Shown: piece by piece, positions 46,739 through 57,320 of the stretch
How the letters are laid out: the number at the start of each line of letters is the position of its first letter
Position numbering within the stretch: position 1 is the stretch's first letter
Source: Meyerozyma guilliermondii
Lineage: Eukaryota
Reading direction: 5' to 3'
NCBI GenBank assembly: GCA_051546255.1
Contig: CP128819.1
Location: 744,001 to 808,000 of the forward strand
DNA: 64,000 nt
Made by a program: the position numbers and the translations under genes
The notes under the pieces: generated by a model
Told to the model about the DNA's origin: nothing
Database searches by the model: none
What the model saw: only the letters and a program-made list of their open reading frames with translations

Positions 46739-47563
46739 TTACTCTTCTTCTTCTTCAGCGTCTTCACCACCCTTGTTTTGACGCTTTCTCTTAACTCTAC
46801 CAGCTCTACCCCCACCGTATGGAGAGTTGTTAGCAAAGTCAATGTGCTTTTGAGACTCCAATCTAACCATGAAAGATGGAACGTTGACGATCTGCTTACC
46901 GACGGCAATGTGTCTTTGAGCAATCAACACTCTAGCGTGGTGGATAGATCTAGCCAAACCCAATTTGAAAACTTGAGTTTGCAATCTTCTCTCCAAGAAA
47001 TCTTCTGGTTTCAAAGCCAAGACGTAATCCAACTTCATCTTGTCCTCTGGCAACACACCAACCTTCACCAATCTTCTGATCAAAGCATTACCTTCGAACA
47101 ATCTCTTTGGGTCCTTCTCGTCTCTGGTCAACAAGTCACGAGCGGCTCTTCTGATCTTGGACAATTGGAATTGAATTCTGTAGATTTCTCTCTTGTTCTT
47201 CAATCCAAATTCACCAGCCAACTTCAATTCACTGTCCAAACGGGCAGACTCATATGGCTGCTTTGGCACAGAGTAGGTCTTAGAGTAAGTTCTTGGGGCA
47301 CCTGAAAGTTAGAAAACAGTTTGAAAAACTGTCCGGGTCTACATCTACGAGGCTAGAATAAATCTCTGGTAGTACAATACTTAGCACTGTATTTCCAAAG
47401 ACTTATTGTATTCATTGCAACTGAAGTGTCGGGAATTCAGTTACAACAACAAGCCAAGTATATTATGAGGACCCGAACCTCGCGAAGCGCTTGCGCGTTC
47501 GCTTGTGTGTGGTCTAGTGTTTAAACTAGAGCTTCATCTTCAAAATGTGTACATACGTGGCAT
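46739..47563 (-). CDS. RPS9: 40S ribosomal protein uS4, spliced: exon 1 47563-47557, intron 47556-47302, exon 2 47301-46739 (189 aa)
   Basis: ATGCCAC|GTATGT...TTCTAACTTTCAG|GTGCC restores [13 protein letters not shown]4 motif [25 protein letters not shown]. Confidence 0.97.
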
Positions 47564-47765
47564 AGTGACTTAATCAATTGTAAAGAAGAAAAAATTTCAA
47601 AGTGAAAAAAATCTTTGCGCGAGCTCGACCTGGTTTCAGTTTTACGCACGAGTGTGGGCTTGTGCGTAATATGTGGTGCGGCCTATGTGACAGCGTTGTG
47701 CCCCAGCAGATGCGGCAGTGCTGAGATGCAGTCTGCATGTATACCGATTTTATGGTTCGTCTTTA

Positions 47766-49652
47766 ATGAAGTTTGTGGCTCTTATATCGGGCGGCAAGGA
47801 CTCGTTCTTTAACATACAACACTGTATAGCCCAGGGACATGAGCTAGTAGCCGTAGCTAACTTGTATCCACAAGAAAATTTCGATGAGATCGATTCTTTC
47901 ATGTTCCAAACGGTGGGACACAACATAATAAATCATTACGGAGAATGTTTAGGTGTTCCTGTGTATCGCCAGGCCATCCACGGCGGGTCCAAGAACCAGG
48001 AGCTTGAATATTCTGTCACACAAGACGACGAAATTGAAGATTTATATTTGCTTTTGCAAAAAGTGTGTGCTCATCATGATATACAAGGTGTGAGTTGTGG
48101 AGCAATTCTCTCTCTGTACCAACGAACACGAGTGGAAAATGTGTGCGGGCGACTCGGACTCACATCTTTGGCATATCTCTGGCAAAGAGATCAATTGGAA
48201 CTTATGACTGAAATGAGTAATAGTGGACTCGATGCTCGGTTGATCAAAGTTGCAGCAATTGGTTTAACGGCTCTGGATCTTGGCAAATCCATAACCCAAA
48301 TGTTACCAAAGTTAGTCAAGCTCAACCAGATGTATGAGGTTCACATTTGTGGAGAAGGAGGAGAATTCGAGACATTGGTGTTCGATAGTCCTCTTTTCAA
48401 ACATAAGCGGCTCGAGATAGCCACCAAAGAAGTTGTCACCGATTCAAGAAACGACGTCTCCTACTTGCGACTAGAAGTTAAAGTTGTTCCCAAGGAGCCA
48501 GTTCTTCTGGACACCGTTCAGCCGCCGGTTTTAGACGAAATGTTCTCTTCATTAGAGCATTCAAGTCCACAACCACGACAAGATGAACTACCTAATTCTG
48601 TCATCCCTACAACCAAATTGTCGACCATTGTCAAGCGTGTGAACAACTATCTCTTCGTCTCGAATTTGACCCTGATTGCCGAAGGAGTAGACGAATGTAT
48701 GAACTCGATCTTTGCTTATTTACACAAAATTTTGAAAGAGAACATGTTGGACGTTGGAAGCATTCAGCACGTTGAACTTCTCGTATCGAACATGAACTCG
48801 TTCAATTCGATCAACAAGATATACTCAGAGGTTTTTTCCAACTACTTTCTTCCTCCATCTCGAGTTTGTATTGAAACCACCTTATCCACTCAAGTATCAT
48901 TGAGTTGTACAGCACTACTTCTGAGACCAAAGCGCCAAGGCATACACATTCGTTCCCTCTCATACTGGGCACCTCACAATATCGGTCCATATTCACAGTC
49001 CATTGTGGACGAATCTCAGACATACAAAATGGCCAGTATCTCGGGTCAAATACCCTTGATTCCAGCTACCATGACACTCCCATCCACCAGTGACAACCTC
49101 AATTCGTATCTTTGTATGCAACATTTTCATCGTGTGAAAGAATTGGTGCAAGTGAAAAAAATTGGAGCAGCAGTATGTTTCGTCACTAGCCCTACATTGG
49201 CTCAAGTAGCCACGACGAGCTGGAAGCTGTATATTGACGAAGTGGAGCACGGACAAGGGCTGCAACTGTTAGTTACAGTTCAAGTCACAGGTTTACCAAG
49301 AGCGGCTGATGTGGAATTGAGTGGGTTCACCTTTGAAATCAAGAACCACCACGAAGAAGATCTGGAGGATGAATTCGATCGGGAGGAAAAAAGAAAGCTG
49401 AAAGAAACTGAACCGCCAAAATTCTCATTTGAAAAGTACCATACTCAAGTCATTGGCGATATGACTTCCACAGTATTTTTCACTAATGATGTCAATCACC
49501 TAAAAGCTCTTCCAGGCCAAGTGCAACTTTACACCACTACAGAATTACCCGTAGCTTGTGATGCTCAGATCATCCCAGTTAGCAACGTATGGGACACCAC
49601 CGGCACCAAATTCAAGTATGGAGGCATAATCAGGGACTGGAAAACTACATGA
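47766..49652 (+). CDS. DPH6: Diphthine-ammonia ligase with C-terminal RidA/YjgF-like domains
   Basis: Motifs MKFVALISGGKDS, DSFMFQTVG, GAILSSYQRTRVE (CTG=Ser), CGEGGEFET, WAPHNIGPYSQ and SGQIPL. Confidence 0.95.
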   Translation: MKFVALISGGKDSFFNIQHCIAQGHELVAVANLYPQENFDEIDSFMFQTVGHNIINHYGECLGVPVYRQAIHGGSKNQELEYSVTQDDEIEDLYLLLQKVCAHHDIQGVSCGAILSLYQRTRVENVCGRLGLTSLAYLWQRDQLELMTEMSNSGLDARLIKVAAIGLTALDLGKSITQMLPKLVKLNQMYEVHICGEGGEFETLVFDSPLFKHKRLEIATKEVVTDSRNDVSYLRLEVKVVPKEPVLLDTVQPPVLDEMFSSLEHSSPQPRQDELPNSVIPTTKLSTIVKRVNNYLFVSNLTLIAEGVDECMNSIFAYLHKILKENMLDVGSIQHVELLVSNMNSFNSINKIYSEVFSNYFLPPSRVCIETTLSTQVSLSCTALLLRPKRQGIHIRSLSYWAPHNIGPYSQSIVDESQTYKMASISGQIPLIPATMTLPSTSDNLNSYLCMQHFHRVKELVQVKKIGAAVCFVTSPTLAQVATTSWKLYIDEVEHGQGLQLLVTVQVTGLPRAADVELSGFTFEIKNHHEEDLEDEFDREEKRKLKETEPPKFSFEKYHTQVIGDMTSTVFFTNDVNHLKALPGQVQLYTTTELPVACDAQIIPVSNVWDTTGTKFKYGGIIRDWKTT

Positions 49653-49727
49653 AAAATTCATCATTCACATTTAATTATCGTACACGCGCCGACACTGCCG
49701 ACTCAGAGCGCTTATTGCAAGTCTCTG

Positions 49728-50085
49728 CTAGTTTTTCGTTCCAGGGCCGTTATACATGAGTTCTTCAGGTAAGGTTATTCCTCTTTCACGGCACAATTGA
49801 ATTAACCTTTCGTTCTCTTCCTTTAAATAGTCTATGTAATCGGCCGATTTGGTCAAGATATTAAGTTCGGACCGATTCTCCAGTTCGGTAAGTGTGGGAG
49901 TGAGCGCAACTATACGATCAAACTCAGACCGGATGTTCTCTCGTCTTTTTTGCTCGGAAGCAATATGATGAGCCTTTGGTTAGTATGTTTTTTTAGTGCC
50001 CAAGAGAGGTCTTACTTACTTTCTTCTGTTCCTCAGTCAATGTAGTCGGGCGAGCGTCCTTACGGGAGTTGTCAATCGAGTCCAT
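49728..50085 (-). CDS. INO4: bHLH transcription factor Ino4, spliced: exon 1 50085-50020, 46-nt intron 50019-49974, exon 2 49973-49728 (103 aa; alternative in-frame ATG at 50130)
   Basis: GTAAGT...TACTAACCAAAG intron. The spliced protein LTEEQKKAHHIASEQKRRENIRSEFDRIVALTP...RSELNILTKSADYIDYLKEENERL has the bHLH H-x3-E-x2-RR signature and the Ino4 RSEL motif. Confidence 0.88.
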
Positions 50086-50203
50086 TTTGCAACAAAAACT
50101 ATGACGTAGCACCAGTTGTGGGGTTGACATTTTGGTTTTCGGATGCTTCTTCCGGAGTGCACACAGAACCCCGGGCTCACGGAAAAAAATAGTGCTAATT
50201 CCA

Positions 50204-50276
50204 AACCCACGGCGGGAGTCGAACCCGCAATCTTTTGATTAGAAGTCAAACGCGTTAACCATTACGCTACGCAGGC
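50204..50276 (-). tRNA. tRNA-Arg(UCU), identical to the copy at 16384
   Basis: Reverse complement of the same 73 nt, followed by a T7 terminator (50183-50189). Confidence 0.96.
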
Positions 50277-50588
50277 GATTATTGCCTTGAGGGCACACAA
50301 TCAAGATTTGTCGCTGATAAATTTTAGCGAAAAAATTGTGGCGTATCCTCGTTCGCGATAAGCTTATCGCATCCTTTATTAGCTTCTTCAACGGTCTGTG
50401 GCTTAAAGATTGGTCTGGTTGTTTTAGTCTACATCTCTTCCTGTTTTGGAACTCATAAATTCTCTATAAAGTTACAAAAACAGCCTATGGTGTTCTCGAA
50501 TTAAATCACCGGCTGCAATATAAAACATAAAACTACAAAAACATCCCGACATCAAGTCAAAGATTCCTCCGAAACATAACAGATGCGT

Positions 50589-50774
50589 TTAAAACAACAA
50601 GGCGACACCGGCAGCGGCAGCGGCAGCAACACCGAAAACTCCGGTAGAAATACCGGCAGCACCGTTATCAGGAACCACGGTAGTACTGTTAGTACCGTTA
50701 GAACCGTTAGTGGCGTTCCATGCAGAAACAGAAGAAATAGCGGTGAAAGCGATAGCGATAGTCTTGAATTGCAT
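50589..50774 (-). CDS. Tiny secreted/GPI-type cell-wall peptide (YDR524C-B/YCL048W-A-like)
   Basis: Signal peptide MQFKTIAIAFTAISSVSA, N-glycosylation-rich core (NAT, NGS, NGT, NST) and a GPI-type hydrophobic tail. Confidence 0.8.
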   Translation of the reverse strand: MQFKTIAIAFTAISSVSAWNATNGSNGTNSTTVVPDNGAAGISTGVFGVAAAAAAGVALLF

Positions 50775-51311
50775 TTCTTAAAAAGTGTGATAAGGAAAAA
50801 TTCTCGAGGAAAATGGGGCTGTAATTTATACTGATAACAAATGAACCGTAAGTTCCACAAAAAAGAAATACAGAGAAGCAAGGTTCATGCAAGATTGTGG
50901 TACAATCCGGAACTATGCATGACATTTAAAAAATTCCGCCACACAATGCGTGTCCCAACCTGATATTCCCCAATGCGGTATAGAAACGTGACGATAATGG
51001 ATGACGGCGCCGCACACTATGCCCGGGTGTCTGGCTCCGTTCATGCGAGCAATTTACTTTGTGTGATCATGGGCTATTTGTGCACATTACACTTCCGTTT
51101 TGGGACAATAGGGAACGTTCCGTGGGACCTGCAGCAAAGTGGATCTCATTGGGATGAAACCCGTGGGCTTGGCCCTTATGCCGAGCTAGCCTATTGTTTT
51201 TGTCATATTGATCGATTGTCATCATCAACGTGCTATTGACTAATTACTCTTTTTGACTATGTCAAATACTCAATTTTTGACTTTTGACTTTTTGACGTCG
51301 CTGTCTATTCA

Positions 51312-53585
51312 TTATTCTTCTGCATAGAGGTCCATCAACTTGAACACCTCGTCTATGGCTTCCTCGAAATCAAACCTTTGTCTCATCACCTTGCTCATGA
51401 ACAAGTCACTTCTCAACCACTCTCCTTTATGCTTATAATGCTCCATATGTTTGGTGACTCCAGCGATATCCAGCTTCATCAAAAGTCCAAGTTCCTTTTC
51501 ATGATAACTGGTAAAGTGCATTGTCTTGACATACTCTTTAAAGATCAGTCCGTGCTGTAGCAAATTGGCATGATCCTGAGTGGTCAACTTGTTGATACGC
51601 CATTTCTCGACGTTGGAAATAACTCGTTTTTCCTTGTCGACAGCCACTCTCTTCTTTTTCTTCTCTGCACTTTTGTCATCTCCCGATGCTTTATGCTCAT
51701 CCACCCATCTTTGAGGGTCCTGAAGGTAATCAAGAACAATTTGCGTGATGACCCAAATGCGAAAATTGTTGAGATAAAATGAGTCTCGGTAATTCTTGTC
51801 AGTGAGGGCATTGAGCTTATACTCATAATTGAGAGTCATGACAAAGTTGCTGGGAACATAACTCAACAGGTTCTCTACCAATGTCAAAACTAAAGGCGAT
51901 AATTCGTCATATGTTGCAAAATGGTTGTTTCGACAATTATACGCCTCGAGCTCTCGATTCTTGTCTCTATAGTTAACGTTTCCATTGTCGTCTTTGAGCC
52001 CTTCTAATGCTTTCCGAATATGAGGCTGTGACTCCACTAAGTAATCGTATCGTTGTGGAGTATCTGTGTCGGTCAATGCTAGGGCTGTGATGTCGATGTA
52101 AAGCCCGGTATCAATGTCGATGAACCGCCCATCAATATTGTTGTTTCCGTTGCCCTTACTTCTGTGGGTAATACTCGATCCTATGTCGACAAAGTACCTA
52201 CCCATTCCATTGAATTTATCCTCAGAAGTTCCAACATTTTCAATAATTAAAGATTGGTTGAACCGCTTACCCAATTTATGAAGCTCACTTAAAGGCACCT
52301 GAACATCAATGTCGGTGTCCCATGGAAACGCAAGACCGTTCCAATACCACGAGAGCAACGAACCATGTGAGATCCATGTAATGATCCCGTGTTGACGGGC
52401 AAAACTGAGATATGACTTGACCAAATGGTGCAAGGAAAGTTTTTGATCTTCATTACCAACGGTGATCCCGTTGAAAAATCTCCAGTCATAATGGTCTCCC
52501 AACCACTTTTCAGGGTGTTTTTCCAAGAGTTTTGCTTCGCGAAAGAATTTTGGAGGATCTTCTTCATGGTGGGAATACTCGATGGATTTACGGTAAGCAT
52601 CATCCATGACATTAAGATCGCGGCCCTTTAAGCCGTCGAGAATAGAGTTCACATCCACATCAAAAGCATCCCGAGGAATAGTGACTTCAGGATCATTCAT
52701 AACCTCATCCTTATTACGAGGTGGGTGTGTCTTGACAAGGGTATTGTATTCGTTCAAAACGTTGACTTTGTCAATATCTAGTTTTTTGACAATATCGTTA
52801 TGAAGAAGACTGTGCTTCAAGTCATTATTTGAGGGGTCTGCAACATAAACTTCGTAGGATCCCAAAGTATCGGTCAAGAATACCAACTTTACGGGCGAAG
52901 GTGCGGAAGTGTACAAGTAAGATTTACCCAAAATCTCATTGTTTGGAACCATTTGTGGTCCTGGGAATGCAAAGATGTTGTACCCAAGGGGATTAGAAGA
53001 GTCTTCTTGACAATATGATTGTACAGGCTGCAACTCTGAACCTTGTACCAACTCGCCCTTATTAGATATGTCGAAGAAGCTGCATCGTATCTTGCCGTCC
53101 TTCTTGGGAAGAATATACTTTTTGAGCTTTTCCATGTCGACCCAGTCACTCCAATGAAACGGTACGGGTTCCAGCCCTTGGTTTTTATTGAGGTATGAGA
53201 GATAAACTCCCAAAGTGAACCGGGGATCAAAAGGTTGAAAGATTGGTTTTCGCTGGTCATCATCTCTAAAGTATGAAGGGACCTTCAACTCTAGTGGAAG
53301 GTTGGAAATGACTTTTTCATCAAGGTCCCAGAATTCCAGGGACCAATCGTGGGCTCGTTTTTCCTTTCTCACTTTTTCGACATGGCGTAAAAACATTTCG
53401 TTCGATTCCAACTCGAGATCTGATGCTAAAATGTTCTGAAACCATGATTGAAACTTGAGTTTGACTGCATTCTGGAACTGAAGTTGCGGCAGCTGGGCCA
53501 AATGCAAAGCATAAATCGTTTTCAACACGCCATAAGTCACCACAAATAAGAGCACAACTTTCATATATCGAAGGCGTACCCTCAT
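51312..53585 (-). CDS. MNN4-family LicD/fukutin-domain mannosylphosphorylation protein
   Basis: Type II TM segment. Motifs PFDPRFT, FHWSDWVD, HYDWRFF, HGSLLSWYWNG.AFPWD.DIDVQ, GRYF and NNIDGRFIDIDTGLYIDIT. Confidence 0.9.
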   Translation of the reverse strand: MRVRLRYMKVVLLFVVTYGVLKTIYALHLAQLPQLQFQNAVKLKFQSWFQNILASDLELESNEMFLRHVEKVRKEKRAHDWSLEFWDLDEKVISNLPLELKVPSYFRDDDQRKPIFQPFDPRFTLGVYLSYLNKNQGLEPVPFHWSDWVDMEKLKKYILPKKDGKIRCSFFDISNKGELVQGSELQPVQSYCQEDSSNPLGYNIFAFPGPQMVPNNEILGKSYLYTSAPSPVKLVFLTDTLGSYEVYVADPSNNDLKHSLLHNDIVKKLDIDKVNVLNEYNTLVKTHPPRNKDEVMNDPEVTIPRDAFDVDVNSILDGLKGRDLNVMDDAYRKSIEYSHHEEDPPKFFREAKLLEKHPEKWLGDHYDWRFFNGITVGNEDQKLSLHHLVKSYLSFARQHGIITWISHGSLLSWYWNGLAFPWDTDIDVQVPLSELHKLGKRFNQSLIIENVGTSEDKFNGMGRYFVDIGSSITHRSKGNGNNNIDGRFIDIDTGLYIDITALALTDTDTPQRYDYLVESQPHIRKALEGLKDDNGNVNYRDKNRELEAYNCRNNHFATYDELSPLVLTLVENLLSYVPSNFVMTLNYEYKLNALTDKNYRDSFYLNNFRIWVITQIVLDYLQDPQRWVDEHKASGDDKSAEKKKKRVAVDKEKRVISNVEKWRINKLTTQDHANLLQHGLIFKEYVKTMHFTSYHEKELGLLMKLDIAGVTKHMEHYKHKGEWLRSDLFMSKVMRQRFDFEEAIDEVFKLMDLYAEE

Positions 53586-54234
53586 GGTGCCTTTGCGACC
53601 GTTATTGGCGACCCTTATGTTGTTAGCGTGGACTCAGCCACAAATGCAAATAAATCTACCACGGTTGTTTGTGATAAATTGGGTAGAAAATGGACCCAAA
53701 TCACTGTTTAAACTTGTTCTGAACACTCTTATAAAAAAGCGTAAGTGCGACTGTTCCTGGATCAAAGTTTTCAAGTCGAAGAAGGATCAAGCGCAGCGGT
53801 AAAAAAGACCGTTAAAATCAAAGTTGGACACACGACTGTCAAATGCGACAATGGAGAAGGATGCTTGTCTGCAGGAAGATAATGAAGGTTTGAAGAGATG
53901 GACTTTGAACAATAGTGGTAGAAATGGTGAGTAGAGTATATATAGTAGATATACAGGTTTTGTATAGTGGTGGTGGTGTTGTGTTTCGAAATATTTTTGA
54001 TTCTGGGGTAGATTGTGTCCCTGCGTTTTATGCACCGAAATGCTTATCTCCACCTTTTGCCCTAGTTGGGACGTATTTACGAAAAGTGAAAATGGTAATC
54101 AGGTGGCTTAAACTGATGAGTTTCGAGTATTTGGAGAATCTCGATGGAGAATTTGTGACAATTCCTTGAGTGCAATTGTAGTTTGGTTTTTTCCTGAAAT
54201 TTAGCTTATATGTTCTTGCCTTTTCTTGTCTCTC

Positions 54235-55152
54235 TCACTTTTCTTGAGTTTCGTATGTCTCTGCCACTTCCATCTCAAACACCCGCACTGCTGGCTGGTC
54301 ACAGGGAAGAGCTCCGGCAATTTTCACTGGATTGGTTGGGTTTCGTTTTCCCTCAAATGTAAATGCTGCTGAAGAACCAGCAAAAAGAAGATTATCTTCC
54401 TGACCAACTCTGTTGCATGTCACCACAGCTACTGGATGTTCCAGCTCTACCAACGGCGAAAATCGCTGGATCCAGTATCCTACTGTATCAGTCTCGGGCT
54501 GGTTGGGATGGCGGTTGGTACCTCCTACTGCGGTAATGGAGAGCCATGCCATGGGACAGAGAATGAGACTTACCCCATTGGCAAGACAAGAACGAGCCAT
54601 TTCAAACGCTGTGAACGGCGCCTCGAACTTGTAAGGGTTCAAATCCATGCAAATACCGGTAGAAGCGGTGATAGTGGGAAGTTTTTCATGAGGGTCTTTT
54701 TGGCCATGGTAGTATTCTTTATCGGCTACAAATTTGAACAGTTCAAACTTGGGTCCTGGGTTCTCCGAACAGCCCCATACTTCGTCTGTTTCGTACAAAT
54801 GGCACTTTCGATAATGGTGTAACACATCACCAGCGGGAGATGTAAAAACAGCAGCATTGTATGTGATGGATTTTTCCTTTTCAGGGTATCCGATTAATGT
54901 GAAACAATTGTACTTTTTTGATAATGATCGAGCAAATTCCGTCGACGTTCCGGCCGCCGTTGGCTCCAAAAACGGTTCAATTGCACCAGGCGACTTGAAA
55001 TTGTAACCTGTCAATGCCAATTCTGGAAGAAGAAGAATGTCCACTGGAGTACGTGCGATGGACAGAGCCACTAGTTTGGAAATATTAGCCATGTTACTTT
55101 TGACCTGGCCCACCACCGCCGTGGTCTGGACGGCCGCAATACGAAGATGCAT
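54235..55152 (-). CDS. NTA1: Protein N-terminal Asn/Gln amidase (nitrilase fold)
   Basis: Catalytic E (LPELALTGYNF), K (YRKCHLYETDE) and C (GICMDLNPYKFEAPF), plus CPMAWL and CNRVG. Confidence 0.9.
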   Translation of the reverse strand: MHLRIAAVQTTAVVGQVKSNMANISKLVALSIARTPVDILLLPELALTGYNFKSPGAIEPFLEPTAAGTSTEFARSLSKKYNCFTLIGYPEKEKSITYNAAVFTSPAGDVLHHYRKCHLYETDEVWGCSENPGPKFELFKFVADKEYYHGQKDPHEKLPTITASTGICMDLNPYKFEAPFTAFEMARSCLANGVSLILCPMAWLSITAVGGTNRHPNQPETDTVGYWIQRFSPLVELEHPVAVVTCNRVGQEDNLLFAGSSAAFTFEGKRNPTNPVKIAGALPCDQPAVRVFEMEVAETYETQEK

Positions 55153-55292
55153 TAAAAAAATGAACGATAGAGTGAAAAGAAGAAGAATGAAATGATAAAG
55201 TTATGAGATCATGGGTTTGACGGTATTGTGTGCAGGTCTTATCTTAATGCCTATGCTTCTTCAATTACGGACCAGAAGAAAAGGATGACTTA

Positions 55293-55337
55293 TAATCCAG
55301 TACGTTCTAATCCAATACGTGTCTGATCCAATACGTG
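55293..55337. repeat. Three tandem 15-16 bp units T(A/G)ATCCA(G/A)TACGT
   Basis: taatccagtacgttc taatccaatacgtgtc tgatccaatacgtg. Confidence 0.7.
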
Positions 55338-55611
55338 ATTAGCTCTACATTCAAAGCGAAGCATTGTTCTCTGTAGCAGTTCAGATTCTTACTTAACCAA
55401 CTCGGTCCTAAATTTGCAGAATACAGTAAAAAGGCAATTGTCCAATTTTGAAATATCAAGAGGTTCAGGTTCTAACCTTCATTGACACAATTCCTCGTTG
55501 ATGTTAAGTCTGGGATAAAATTCTGGTTCGCCGACAGTACATTTGCTTAACTGATAGCATTAGTGACTCGGTCGATAAAACAATTTGGCATTATTTATCT
55601 TCAATTGTTGA

Positions 55612-55797
55612 CTAGTTTGAATGCTCTTTCACTAAGTATCCTTCGTCGACGACGAGACGTTCGAAAACAACATCAATGAAATACAAAAAAAGAATACGTC
55701 TGACTCCTTCATGCTCACCATAGTAGTAGAATGTAACAAGTGCAATTAGTATTGGTAAAATGAACCGATACAAAGATGAGCGAATAGTTGCTGGCAT
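55612..55797 (-). CDS. Possible 61-aa membrane peptide
   Basis: ATG at 55797 and two hydrophobic stretches (FILPILIALVTFYYY; ILFLYFIDVVF). No recognisable family. Confidence 0.3.
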   Translation of the reverse strand: MPATIRSSLYRFILPILIALVTFYYYGEHEGVRRILFLYFIDVVFERLVVDEGYLVKEHSN

Positions 55798-56760
55798 GAT
55801 GATGTTTTGTTTAATGAAAGTTTTCACTCATGGAACTTGGAGATTTTATGCATGTTACACGCCTTTTTCAAATATGGATGGATGCGAAGCTCATTGGTGC
55901 AAAAGCCATGCAACGCAGTTTACATGATGAGCAGTATCACCCTTCTCTCAAAACAACTCCCAGTATCTTCTTTATCCGAGACTGATGAATTCAAACTGCA
56001 AATTTTTCACCTAGTTCTTTTTTTAGCTCATGCAGCTGTCAAATGATTTGACGCATTTTCTTGGCTCCTAACCCGAAATCCTCAATCGCGGAACCATATA
56101 GAATTTAATAGTGGTCTATTGTGACAATGAAAGAGTCCGGGTTTGGCTACGGAGTGCCTCATTAAGAAAGATTGGCCACTTGTCTTCTTCTTTTGCCAAT
56201 AATGGTAGCATATACGCTCACAAATATTATTCACACCAAATATTGGCAAAAGTAGACGAGCTAAGTATAGATCAGATTCGTGTGTACCTAGAGCGTCTCC
56301 AGTAGGTCCATGGTCGCTAGTCGCTCGATCTCTGTTTGGACTGTTTCTGTTTCCAAAATCCAATTTGAAAAATTCAGATTGTGCAAATTTCTAAATTTTC
56401 ATGATTATAATGAAGCATTCTTTTCTGAAATGGTAGCTCAAGTAATGATTCTCACTATTTTCACCGAGCTAAAGTGCAATTCAACGAAGCCTAAAGTATC
56501 CTATTTGACTTTTCGTCTGTAGGTAAAGAGAATACCAAAATTAGTCTATGCACCGTAACTGAAGTATTTCGCACGGAACAAATGGCTGCGAGAAAATAGA
56601 ATGAGATTCTTACGAAAAGGAAAAAAGGGATACAGCACCAAAACGAGGAGTTAGTATTTGCTTTCGTTTGCCCGAATTCGTTTCAATCTTACTTGCACAT
56701 TTATGGCTGATCAACTTCGTCGGCGCCATTTTCAAGATATATGCAGGGATTATGGTTTTG

Positions 56761-56809
56761 AGCTATATGCAAGCAGCTAAAATCAAATTTGCAGCCATTT
56801 ATAAGAGTA
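56761..56809 (+). repeat. 49-bp inverted repeat, left arm (partner 59714-59762)
   Basis: 45/49 identical to the reverse complement of 59714-59762 by manual alignment. Confidence 0.85.
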
Positions 56810-57091
56810 CACCATTGAAGGTTTTGTCGGTCGTTCACATTCCAACTACCTCTTTTTGACTGCTTCCTGTACTTTCTTGAGTCCATTTGACCCTGGACTT
56901 CAAAATAGGTATGTTAGCTCCATTTTTGCTGCGTCGCTTCATCGCATCAGTTGCTTTTTTTGAAGGATTAACTGCTAGAAAATCACATGAGTTCACGATA
57001 ACCAGAAGGCATGGCTTGATCCGTGAATCCGTTCTTTCTTCTACGGTTCTTCATAACCTCAAGAAATTGTGTCGCACTATTAGAAATCGTT

Positions 57092-57320
57092 AACATCAAA
57101 ATTTACAGCCAACTTTGCCAATACCACAATGTAATTGATGGCAGTTGTGCCTTATTCATATCCATGTATTACACACTATAGAGGTTTTGCGACTACCTGT
57201 GTTGCAAAAGAATACTTCATGATGTAGTCCTTACATACAATACATACACCAGTACACTTTTGCCAAGTTAGCCTGTTCTCAATTACATGGAGGTTTATTC
57301 AAAGCAAATAGAGTTAGCGC
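57092..57320 (+). repeat. Diverged direct repeat, copy A (partner ~57808-58030)
   Basis: Shared blocks AACATCAAAATTT, TTGATGGCAG-TGTGCCTT, ATATCCA, CTACCTG, AATACTTCA-GATGTAGT and CCAGTACACTTT occur in the same order. Confidence 0.85.

Noticed and set aside
45890..47305. Long plus-strand ORFs 45890-46390 and 46730-47305
   Set aside because: Antisense shadows of the highly codon-biased RPL21 and RPS9.
56600..56730. Minus-strand ATG with GTAAGA...TACTAAC as a possible spliced gene
   Set aside because: No AG close to the branch point, unlike the three real introns here, and no convincing second exon.
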